The notes: generated by a model from the letters alone, not told the origin. DNA of 64,000 bases from an uncultured Gammaproteobacteria bacterium (GCA_964537315.1 CAZIAP010000002.1:43237-107236), one strand, 5' to 3'; numbered from the stretch's first letter, positions 38,037 to 46,539 are shown. Numbers and translations are program-made.

Positions 38037-38080
38037 ATATTCATCATATCCATACACGTATAATGAAAGCAAGTTGAAAT

Positions 38081-39388
38081 TTATTCTGAGAACTTAAGCC
38101 CTTTGCCTTTTACTGTGAGGATGTATTGTGGATTATTTGGGTCTGATTCTATTTTTTTACGCAGCCTATAAACTATCTGATCTAGAGCTTGGTCAGTAAC
38201 ACCTTCTTGAGTCTTTGAGTCAGTCCATACTGCGTTTATAATGCCTTCTTTTTCTACAGTTTTACCTTTATTAACTAACAAATGTTTAAGTAAGCGAAAT
38301 TCAGATGGTGTAAGGTTATCAGAAATATCGACATCACCTTTATATATCTCGTTAAGCTCTTCATTATGTGTAAATTCTTCTTTTTTTTCTTTAATGGTCG
38401 ATAAAAAAGTCTCAAAAATAGGAATGGATATTTTTCCATTGTTTAGTAGTCCAACCAACTCAAGAAACTTTGCTTCGTCTGTATGATTCTTAAGATTTTT
38501 TACGATATGTTGTTCTTCAGTCGTGAGGTAATTCCAGATCTCTGTTAAAGCACCTCTCATTTGCCTGTGGTTGAGTAGGTGAGCTTCAAGATCTTTAGGA
38601 GTTTCGTTTTCTGATAAAAATGCCTCATATGCAATTTTCACTAGCTTACCGTGTCCGCCTGTTAGCTCCATGAGCTTTTCACGAGCATCTTCATTTTTTT
38701 TGCCTGCAACTTGCTCGATGTAGTTGAGCCTAAAGTCAGGCTCATCAGGATGAGACATCTTCATAAATATTGAGTTGCCGATTAAAAATTCATAAAACTC
38801 AGCGAGAGTAGAGGTGTCAATCAGTAAATCGATAGGTCGAGATAGGGCGAATACACAAGAAAATTTATATTTTGCCCGATTGCGCAGAATCTTTAGATTA
38901 ACGAAAAATTGATCTGTTAAATCTTGTGAATATTGTTCAAGCCGATCGATTAAAAAGACTACAGACATATCTTTTTCAAGTGCCAGATAGTCAATAGATT
39001 TTTTTAAAGCCTGGAAAAGTACTAGCTCATCGTTAAACTCAATGGCTTCTTTTAAGAAGGCATTTATTTGAGTACTTTCAGTAGTCATTCCGCGCTCACT
39101 AAGTGAATATCCAAGAGAGATGAGTATAAATTTTGTGACGTCAGATAGAGGTCTGCTCCTAACCTCAGAAAAATCCATATATACAAAATGATATTTTTCT
39201 TGATTTTCTAAATGGTATTCACGTACTTTGCGGTTGTAAGCCAGCAACCTCAAAAGTCGACTTTTTCCAACTCCCGGCAATCCTAATACTTGGCTTGATG
39301 CACCTTTTTTTACGAAGCCAATAACTTTTGAAATTTCTTCATGCAATGAATTTTCAGGGTAAAGTGATTCGAAATATTTGGGTTCCAT
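38081..39388 (-). CDS. P-loop NTPase (AAA/STAND-like) fused to a C-terminal OmpR/PhoB-type winged-helix DNA-binding domain
   Basis: Walker A VLGLPGVGKSRLLRLL, Walker B MSVVFLIDRLE. C-terminus LTPSEFRLLKHLLVNKGKTVEKEGIINAVWTDSKTQEGVTDQALDQIVYRLRKKIESDPNNPQYILTVKGKGLKF matches trans_reg_C (LTPKEFxLL...R--L---VWG------R-VDVHI-RLRKKLE-DP--P-YI-TVRG-GY-F). Confidence 0.6.
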   Translation of the reverse strand: MEPKYFESLYPENSLHEEISKVIGFVKKGASSQVLGLPGVGKSRLLRLLAYNRKVREYHLENQEKYHFVYMDFSEVRSRPLSDVTKFILISLGYSLSERGMTTESTQINAFLKEAIEFNDELVLFQALKKSIDYLALEKDMSVVFLIDRLEQYSQDLTDQFFVNLKILRNRAKYKFSCVFALSRPIDLLIDTSTLAEFYEFLIGNSIFMKMSHPDEPDFRLNYIEQVAGKKNEDAREKLMELTGGHGKLVKIAYEAFLSENETPKDLEAHLLNHRQMRGALTEIWNYLTTEEQHIVKNLKNHTDEAKFLELVGLLNNGKISIPIFETFLSTIKEKKEEFTHNEELNEIYKGDVDISDNLTPSEFRLLKHLLVNKGKTVEKEGIINAVWTDSKTQEGVTDQALDQIVYRLRKKIESDPNNPQYILTVKGKGLKFSE

Positions 39389-39400
39389 AGGTAAAATTAC

Positions 39401-39410
39401 TAATTTCTAA
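39401..39410. repeat. TAATTTCTAA 10-mer copy, 13-22 bp upstream of the NTPase-wHTH gene start
   Basis: Plus-strand TAATTTCTAA at 39401-39410 (gene-sense TTAGAAATTAG). Flanked by ATTACTAAT near-repeats. Confidence 0.55.
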
Positions 39411-39424
39411 TTACTAATAACAAA

Positions 39425-39790
39425 TTAAAGCTGCTTATCATTTTTATTAGCTGTATGAATTATAGCATTGAAGATCAGGTTGAGCTCTTTTGCTTCTTGG
39501 ATAATTTTTTCGGCGTCACTTGCTAAATCTGGAGAAGCATGTTTGATCATAAGTAGCCAGTGAATTGTTTCTTTTGATTCTTTCTTACATATTCCAAGTT
39601 TATGCTTGAAATCTAGTCGACTTTCAGCATTATCAGCTTCGCAATAGTTTGCACCAACGCTAGTAGAGGACCTAACTAATTGGGATATGAGAGGGAGAGT
39701 AATAGCAGTTCGTGGAACTGTTTTACAGAATGCAATTGTGTTTTCCCCAAACTTGCGTGTTCTTTCTTCAAGATCATATTTTCTGATCAT
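39425..39790 (-). CDS. Four-helix-bundle protein (TIGR02436; formerly '23S rRNA intervening-sequence protein' family)
   Basis: MIRKYDLEERTRKFGENTIAFCKTVPRTAITLPLISQLVRSSTSVGANYCEADNAESRLDFKHKLGICKKESKETIHWLLMI matches the family hallmark (Y-L-ERT--F---I--------------QL-RS-TSIGANY-EA----S--DF--K--I--KE--ET-YWL-L). Confidence 0.65.
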   Translation of the reverse strand: MIRKYDLEERTRKFGENTIAFCKTVPRTAITLPLISQLVRSSTSVGANYCEADNAESRLDFKHKLGICKKESKETIHWLLMIKHASPDLASDAEKIIQEAKELNLIFNAIIHTANKNDKQL

Positions 39791-39805
39791 ATTACATTAT
39801 ATCAA

Positions 39806-39836
39806 TTAGAAATTAGATATTAGTTATTAGAAATTA
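39806..39836. repeat. Two copies of TTAGAAATTA, 21 bp apart, in the divergent region upstream of the 1395-aa ORF, oriented toward that ORF
   Basis: TTAGAAATTA at 39806-39815 and 39827-39836. They lie between the four-helix-bundle gene start (39790) and the ATG at 39918. Confidence 0.55.
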
Positions 39837-39917
39837 AATTTGAAGATGATTTTTATAAGGAAGTTGTGAGGATCATATCAAGGTAAAAGCAAATACCTGA
39901 TTTACAATAGCTTCACT

Positions 39918-42900
39918 ATGAAAGAACAATTGACACGCTCACCGAATCTAACGTACTCTAATAGTATGGAAGATAGTGGAGAAAAAAATATTTATCACGC
40001 GGAAGATAAAATTCAAGATAAGTCACCGAAAGTATCAAAGATTTCAAGAATAACTCAGCAAGAAGAAAAAGATAGGATTGATAAAATTATTAGTGGTGCT
40101 CCTGCATTACATCAAGAACCCTTACGGCAATCTCTTTACGAAGCATATTTTACAGCTTCATCCACCGAAGCAGAAGACTCTTCTCGTATAGACGAAATAA
40201 GAAAAGAACTTGATGAGACAGTTTCAGATTCCGACGAGAACAATGAAGATATTATGGAAAGATTGGGAAGAGCTGAACAAGAATTAGGGAGAAATCTTAA
40301 TGCTCAAGAAAAAGCAGCCATAATTGCAGCTCATAATGTGGGCGAAAATGAGCAGGGAAAAGACGGATCAGAGGCAGGAATAAATAACTATACATTTTCT
40401 CAGTTGAGAGAAAAAGCAAAAATTCTTAAAGGGGATGACGAGCAGAAAGGTTTTTCTAAAGAGGAAAGACGTAAATTGATGGAAGCAGGTATTGTGGGAG
40501 AGGAGAGAGATAAACAGGATTTGCGTAGTACACCTGAAAGGTTAGTTGAGTTAAGTGAAGCTCAACTTCGTGAGCAAGAAGCTATTAGAAAAAATACTGA
40601 TACTATGGTTCAGCAGCTAAGCGAATTACTAAGCATATCTGCAGAAGAACGAGATATACTGCGTAAACTTAGTGATGAACAAATGGAAAGGCTTATTCAA
40701 TCAATTGAGTTTAGCAAGACAACCTTTGAAGAATATATTGAAAAGTCAATTCGACAAGGACTTGACGATCCTAAAGAAAGAAAAACTAATGAAGTTGTAA
40801 TGGAAGCGATTAGTAAAGTAAGTGCAGAGGAGTATGAGACTTATCGTAATGCAGAATCAAAAGTAAGATCTGAGAGAAATCGTGTAATATTCTCATATGC
40901 CAATGCAGTGAAAGATAATTTTAAAGGAGGAGAATACCTAGAAGATGATGAATGGAGCGGAACTGTGGAAGAGTATATCAGGAGGGAAGTCGATCGGGTA
41001 GGAGAAGTACTAGATGATTTAGAAGATAAATTTATTAGTGGTGATTTAAACGATCTAGAAGTACAAAGAGAACTAAGGAATATTTCAAAAGATAGTGAGC
41101 GTATCCAAAACGAAGCAAATATTTTAGCAGGAATAGACCCTCAAGAAAGAAGAGGTAGAGGAAAAGCTGTTAAAAATATTGAAGAATTAATGAAATTTAT
41201 AATGGAGCTTCATCCGGATTACTCAGAAGAGGGTAACTATCCATTAATATACCCTCCTGAACATGAACAAGCAGGAGAAATTAATCAAGGAAATTTTATT
41301 CAGTGGATTCGCGACCAGTTGTCGCATTATCATAACCAAGACGCTGATAACCCACAGGTAAACTTTTTCGGTAATATCAGTGTGGAAGTTGAATCCCAAG
41401 GCTATACGAGAACTGTTAATGTTTTACAGATGATCAATAATCCCGGCGTATTTTTTAAGAGCAAAAACGGACATGTCTTGAATGGTTTGAGAGATGAAGT
41501 TGAGCGCACGATATGGCAATACTCAACAAATCGCAATAATAGAATTGCATATTTTCAGTCAATGCCTCTTGACACCAAAATTGCTGATGTTGTTGCGGCA
41601 ATCAACTCAAATAATGCACTCACAAAGCCTGCATATGAAGGCAAAAGTCCTCTCTACTGGAATTTGACTCAATCTGAAAGATATGAAAACGAGACTCGTT
41701 TGGATGCACGGGTAGGAGAGGGTATAGTTGCTGGAACGATGATTTATTATGACATTACTGATTACGAAGCTCTTAAAAAACGTTGTGCACCAATCAAAGA
41801 TGCTGAAGGAAAAGACGATGTTTCCCCTCTTTTTGATTTAAATAAAATAAAAGCAGCAGCACAGAGTATTTTGATCTCTAATAAAAGACCGGATTATGAT
41901 AAATACTTTACAGAAGACACCTGGGCTGAGATTAGTAGTTGGTTTGATGACAACGGAGTGTTAAAAGATGGAAGTGGAGATAAGTGGATCAAGTTTTTTA
42001 ATCCTTATGAACCACAACAAGACACAAGGAAGCTCGAATTACTTCGCGCATTAATTGCTGAAGAGATCTCTAGAAGAACCGGTCTGAATAGTAATGCCGC
42101 AAAATATGCCGAGCAGTGGGCACAGTTTCAAATTGATTTCATGTTGATATCAGCTCGAGGTGGTGTAGGAGCTGCTGCGTATAACGGGGCTGAAAAAGGA
42201 CTTCGAATGCTTGAATATTATGAGCGTGCATGGAGTGATACTAAACCAGGTTTGGGTAACCCAAAAGCTTTAGGTTTACTTGTTGCGCCTGGAGTTGATT
42301 TTCTCATCGGCACTCAAGTTAGATCTTCAGAGTTTAAATTAGCGGAGGTAAGTAAGGCAACAGATTCTAAAGGAAACTTTAACAAAGTCAATATTGTAGA
42401 ATTTGATGAAAAGGGTGAACCGGTTAAGGTAAGCCATACACTTAAAGATAACCAAGAGGTACTTTACGTAGGTAGTAAAATTATTTCGAGCAAAACAAAA
42501 GGGGAGATAATCAGCTTCGAGGAACGAGAAAAAATTGCGGCATTTACCTTATTGGACGACAAAGAAGAAATTTTAGAAAATGCTGAAGTAAAAGAAAATG
42601 CTAATACTGGAGAGTTCACAGTATTCGTGAATGGTCAAGAATATAAATCGTACAAACCAAGCGAAGAAGATGGAAAATATACAAATCATTACGAATTGGT
42701 TGGGGAAAGAAAATATAAGATTACGAAACGTGAATGGCATTTTGATGATGCGCTTGGACTCAATACTAAGGATAAAAGAGTGGTTGTAGAAGTTGATGAG
42801 CAAGGAAACAGACGTTACTTAGGAGAGTTAAAAGAAAATGAGAGGGTAGATCTAGGAGGAAATACACTTAAGTCAATGCAAGAGGTGAGGGTACGGGAGA

Positions 42901-44105
42901 AAGTTTTTATTGGAGGACAGTTAGCCTACACACTTAAAGATGGAGAAAGCACAGAGCAATCTGGAGATCAAATATGGATTATAAAAGACGGAAAAGTAAT
43001 TAAAAAGTTATGGGCAAGGATTAATAAAGATGGAAATTCTTATAAAAGAGAAATTCAACATGTTGACGTACGATATACTACCGTGAACGGTGAAGAAACA
43101 GCGGTGGAAGGTGCAATCCAAACGCATAAAACAACTAATTTAGATAACTCAGAGATTAAAATTAAGAAAGAAAGAGTGATTGAAGAGTGGCGTGAGCATC
43201 AGCTTTCTACCTATGATGTATTACAACATATGGACGAAACTCGATCGGAGTGGCAAGAACGTATTAATCAAGCAACCACGAAGGAGGAAAAGGATCGTCT
43301 TAGAAAGGAAGCGGATGATAAAGTTCAATATTGGGCATTAAAGCTTGAGTGGGGGTCAGATGAACAACGTCAGTTTGCGCAAAATCAGTTTGGTCGGGCA
43401 ATGCAACTTTTTCATGAGTATGGGCAAAAATTTGTAATCGATCCTAGAAGCCTATATAGCTACGATGAAAAAAAGGGGTTTGTATTTGATCAAGGAAAGC
43501 TCCAAGAAGAGATTGGTGAAAAGCTTATAAAACCTAGACGTTATGCATTTAGAACATGGCCTCATCTTGACATGAGTAGGATTGTCAGAGCTCCAGATCC
43601 AGAAAACAAATTTGAATATAGAGAGATGTTTTTGGCTGAAGCAATTTTCGGCAGACAAGTCCTTGAAACATTTCGTAGAAAAGACGGTACGATTGACTTT
43701 GAATTTTTAAGTAGTAGAGACGGAATAAAAGAGTTGATAAAAACTGAGGCATTACTTAGGTTGGCTGCAGATGAAATGTATTTTGAAGATCTCGACATGC
43801 TTACACCAAGGCTCGGCTTACAGGCTAAGTTAGCATACCGTAAAGGTATATTTACTCTTTCTGATGGAATTTCGATTGACTATAGAAACGTAAAGAACAA
43901 TAAGGTGAGTAATGGGTTTTTCGGAGCCCGTAAAATTTCTTTTAATGAATATGGACCTTCATTTGAGCAGGTTTATAACAAAGCTACTGGAGCTTCACCA
44001 CTCTCCATAATACGAAAAGAAACACAAAATGCAGTGCTTTTTCAGGGGTTCAGAGGAGTTTTTGATGCTGTAAAGGAAGTAGTCGGATCAGCATTTAAAT
44101 CATAA
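39918..44105 (+). CDS. Giant hypothetical protein (1395 aa), highly charged (E/K/D/R-rich), coiled-coil-prone N-half. No TM, no recognisable catalytic motif.
   Basis: Single uninterrupted 4.2-kb ORF. The N-terminal 450 aa are dominated by E/K/R/D heptad-like stretches. I see no Walker motifs or HUH relaxase motif. Confidence 0.6.
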   Translation: MKEQLTRSPNLTYSNSMEDSGEKNIYHAEDKIQDKSPKVSKISRITQQEEKDRIDKIISGAPALHQEPLRQSLYEAYFTASSTEAEDSSRIDEIRKELDETVSDSDENNEDIMERLGRAEQELGRNLNAQEKAAIIAAHNVGENEQGKDGSEAGINNYTFSQLREKAKILKGDDEQKGFSKEERRKLMEAGIVGEERDKQDLRSTPERLVELSEAQLREQEAIRKNTDTMVQQLSELLSISAEERDILRKLSDEQMERLIQSIEFSKTTFEEYIEKSIRQGLDDPKERKTNEVVMEAISKVSAEEYETYRNAESKVRSERNRVIFSYANAVKDNFKGGEYLEDDEWSGTVEEYIRREVDRVGEVLDDLEDKFISGDLNDLEVQRELRNISKDSERIQNEANILAGIDPQERRGRGKAVKNIEELMKFIMELHPDYSEEGNYPLIYPPEHEQAGEINQGNFIQWIRDQLSHYHNQDADNPQVNFFGNISVEVESQGYTRTVNVLQMINNPGVFFKSKNGHVLNGLRDEVERTIWQYSTNRNNRIAYFQSMPLDTKIADVVAAINSNNALTKPAYEGKSPLYWNLTQSERYENETRLDARVGEGIVAGTMIYYDITDYEALKKRCAPIKDAEGKDDVSPLFDLNKIKAAAQSILISNKRPDYDKYFTEDTWAEISSWFDDNGVLKDGSGDKWIKFFNPYEPQQDTRKLELLRALIAEEISRRTGLNSNAAKYAEQWAQFQIDFMLISARGGVGAAAYNGAEKGLRMLEYYERAWSDTKPGLGNPKALGLLVAPGVDFLIGTQVRSSEFKLAEVSKATDSKGNFNKVNIVEFDEKGEPVKVSHTLKDNQEVLYVGSKIISSKTKGEIISFEEREKIAAFTLLDDKEEILENAEVKENANTGEFTVFVNGQEYKSYKPSEEDGKYTNHYELVGERKYKITKREWHFDDALGLNTKDKRVVVEVDEQGNRRYLGELKENERVDLGGNTLKSMQEVRVREKVFIGGQLAYTLKDGESTEQSGDQIWIIKDGKVIKKLWARINKDGNSYKREIQHVDVRYTTVNGEETAVEGAIQTHKTTNLDNSEIKIKKERVIEEWREHQLSTYDVLQHMDETRSEWQERINQATTKEEKDRLRKEADDKVQYWALKLEWGSDEQRQFAQNQFGRAMQLFHEYGQKFVIDPRSLYSYDEKKGFVFDQGKLQEEIGEKLIKPRRYAFRTWPHLDMSRIVRAPDPENKFEYREMFLAEAIFGRQVLETFRRKDGTIDFEFLSSRDGIKELIKTEALLRLAADEMYFEDLDMLTPRLGLQAKLAYRKGIFTLSDGISIDYRNVKNNKVSNGFFGARKISFNEYGPSFEQVYNKATGASPLSIIRKETQNAVLFQGFRGVFDAVKEVVGSAFKS

Positions 44106-44140
44106 TTATAAATGAACTTCTTATTCTGACCATTTCTTCT

Positions 44141-45844
44141 CTAACTATTTTCTTGACCCTGATTAGTTTCTCGTTGTCGTCTTGCTCTTTGTTCTGCATT
44201 GTATTGTGCTTCTAACCGTTGAGCCTCAATTCTCTCTTGTGCATCTCTTCTCATCTGTCCAATTTTTCCTCCAACGGGTCCGCGAGACCAGAACTGCTCT
44301 AAGCGAGGACGAACATTCCCTCTCCATATAATTGCGCCCGTTCCTTTTGGATTACCATTTGCATCAGTTTCAAAAAGCTTGCTACCAACCTTTTTAGGTA
44401 TAGCAGAAGCTGCAGATGAACCAACTCCGAATGCTGCTCCAACAGCTCGTTGGTACGAAACGGTTGGAGCTTTAAGCGTATCTTTAACCATATTTACAAC
44501 TTCTGTAGTCATTAACAAAACAGCAATGCCTATTAATGCGCTAAAATATTTAGGATTAATTGCTCCACCAATAAAAGGAGGAGTGAAGTGATCAGCTCCT
44601 CCTCCGCTGAACATCTGTGCAAACACAGAACCGAGCAGGAACATAAAAAGTGTTACCGGAAAAACTGCAATATAGGCAAAAATATGCTTAAACCAAGACC
44701 CTGCATTGAGAGGTGAACCAGGGATAAGACTGCCAGCAATCCAAATGGGGGCAACAACTGTATCAATAAGTATAAATAAGTATGCTTTTAACAATAAGAA
44801 CCAGAGTCTTAACAATGCATAGAGAAGTGCAAAAGTTATAATGAAAAATGCTATTGTACCTCCTAATACGCCAATTAGATCATATGGTGAAAAAGATCTA
44901 TATATCGGTACATCAATTCCGGTAACTCTCTCTATCGCATAAAATGGCGCTGTAGCAGGGTTTAGCAAATTAAAAGCATCGGTAAATATTTGTCCAAAAA
45001 ATGTTTCAGCTACGCTTCCCTCAAGAATGCTGGTAATTATATGTCCAATTTCAAATGATGCGTTTTTAACAATATCAAAACCTCCAAAAAATCCTAGAAC
45101 TCCAAAGGGAGTTTGACCCTGTATTTTTGTCGGATCTAAGCTAGAAAGATTCGCTCCAGTTCCAAGCATAATTTGATAAAAAAGATACATAAAAAGATAC
45201 ATAATATCTATTAAAAATCCTGATATGGCGTATGAAAATGTAATTAAAATTAATACAATTACTGCTTTTGGAATCGCGTTCTGAATTGTCATTACGGACC
45301 TTGGATCAATATTAAATCTGAAAATTATTCCGATCCCCATAATCATGAAAATGATTACAAACAATACATAAATTATGTTTCTAAATGCTGTCCACGTGGC
45401 AAGAAGTGGATTTAATGCTCTAAAGCCATGTCCTTCTTGTGCATATGTTGATTTTATGACCCCGAAGTTGGAAGCAGTGTGTTGAATGTATTGACCGGTA
45501 TTAATAGGTACATCAAAAGTCCAAGCAATCATACTACCTACAGCTCCAATCGCACCTCCTCCATTTTCCACAAATCCGATTTGTCCTGACTTTGGATCAA
45601 CTCCCAGACATTTAGTCGATGGGTTTACCGGATCGACACCTGTTAGCTGGCAGGAAATTGCCGCCATTACTTCAATCAGAACCATCTGTGTATGAGTACC
45701 GTAATTTTGAGGAACGTCGCTGTTTACACGCCCAGGTAAAGCACTAGAAGTGGCTGTAGTAGCTGGTGCTTGAGCAAAAATTACCGGGGCTGAAAAGTTC
45801 AGGAAAAAAGCGACGAAAAACAGCACGGCGAGCAGGCGTTTCAT
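44141..45844 (-). CDS. VirB6/TrbL-like polytopic membrane protein
   Basis: Signal peptide (MKRLLAVLFFVAFFLNFSAPVIFA), an extracytoplasmic segment, at least 6 TM helices (IIYVLFVIIFMIMGIGIIF; IVLILITFSYAISGFLIDIMYLF...), and a C-terminal cytoplasmic charged tail (QRARRQRETNQGQENS). This architecture and its locus context fit VirB6/TrbL. Start at ATG 45844; the track's 45898 is a TTG. Confidence 0.5.
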   Translation of the reverse strand: MKRLLAVLFFVAFFLNFSAPVIFAQAPATTATSSALPGRVNSDVPQNYGTHTQMVLIEVMAAISCQLTGVDPVNPSTKCLGVDPKSGQIGFVENGGGAIGAVGSMIAWTFDVPINTGQYIQHTASNFGVIKSTYAQEGHGFRALNPLLATWTAFRNIIYVLFVIIFMIMGIGIIFRFNIDPRSVMTIQNAIPKAVIVLILITFSYAISGFLIDIMYLFMYLFYQIMLGTGANLSSLDPTKIQGQTPFGVLGFFGGFDIVKNASFEIGHIITSILEGSVAETFFGQIFTDAFNLLNPATAPFYAIERVTGIDVPIYRSFSPYDLIGVLGGTIAFFIITFALLYALLRLWFLLLKAYLFILIDTVVAPIWIAGSLIPGSPLNAGSWFKHIFAYIAVFPVTLFMFLLGSVFAQMFSGGGADHFTPPFIGGAINPKYFSALIGIAVLLMTTEVVNMVKDTLKAPTVSYQRAVGAAFGVGSSAASAIPKKVGSKLFETDANGNPKGTGAIIWRGNVRPRLEQFWSRGPVGGKIGQMRRDAQERIEAQRLEAQYNAEQRARRQRETNQGQENS

Positions 45845-45906
45845 ATATATACAGTATGGGGGAATATTTGATACAAAGTCAACTTTTTTAAGCTTCAAAT
45901 TAGCTG

Positions 45907-46539
45907 TTGATGTCTATCTTATTGACAACTTTTAGATGGATAGGTATGATTAGGCAAATTAATATAAGGAATATGAACCGTTATTTAGTAATTATTTTGT
46001 TCGCCATATTCCATTTTTCTGCTGCCCCTTTTTTTGCCCAAACTATTACCATTACGGCAACCGATAGCGCTAAAGCCTCAACTCCTCCCGCCCAAATTCA
46101 GTACGAACTACCTTATCCGGGAATATTGCCTGATCATCCATTGTATTTTCTTAAAGTCGCTCGTGACAGAATCGTTGGATTTTTAATCAACGATCCTGTG
46201 AAAAAAGCAGAGTTTAATTTACTTCAGTCGGATAAAAAGCTATTTGCTGCTCGGATGCTTTTTGATGACGATAAAGACAAGTTGGGTTTTGAAACTCTCT
46301 CGAAAAGTAACAACTATATGCATCATGCAATATCTGAGGCAAATCGTGCAAAAGAAATGAACCGTAATACAGATGGAGTAGTGCAAAAAATGGGCGCTTC
46401 ACTAGCAAAGCATAGAGAGGCAATAAGAGAGATTATACGGACAGACACTCAGTATAAAAAACAACTAGAAGGAGAAGAAAAAAGGTTGAACGAAATAAGG
46501 GCTCTTTACCTGCAATATTTTTCTCAACAAGGGAACTAA
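45907..46539 (+). CDS. Hypothetical secreted/membrane-anchored protein
   Basis: N-terminal hydrophobic segment (YLVIILFAIFHFSAAPFFAQ), then a soluble domain ending in coiled-coil-like sequence. The true start may be the internal Met. Confidence 0.4.
   Translation: MMSILLTTFRWIGMIRQINIRNMNRYLVIILFAIFHFSAAPFFAQTITITATDSAKASTPPAQIQYELPYPGILPDHPLYFLKVARDRIVGFLINDPVKKAEFNLLQSDKKLFAARMLFDDDKDKLGFETLSKSNNYMHHAISEANRAKEMNRNTDGVVQKMGASLAKHREAIREIIRTDTQYKKQLEGEEKRLNEIRALYLQYFSQQGN

Noticed and set aside
45845-45898. TTG start at 45898 for the VirB6-like gene, and similar TTG/GTG extensions at 25435, 33279, 38072 and 61281
   Set aside because: Each has an in-frame ATG a few codons downstream. For 61260 the ATG has a strong AAAGGAGG RBS. 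For 25420 and 45844 it gives a proper signal peptide. The ATG was preferred, but the longer forms cannot be excluded.
24103-46539. Interpreting the T4SS-like locus as an integrative conjugative element or prophage
   Set aside because: I found no integrase, recombinase, relaxase, transposase, flanking tRNA or direct repeats at its borders. It begins 4 nt after dnaN. A mobility claim is unsupported by this window.
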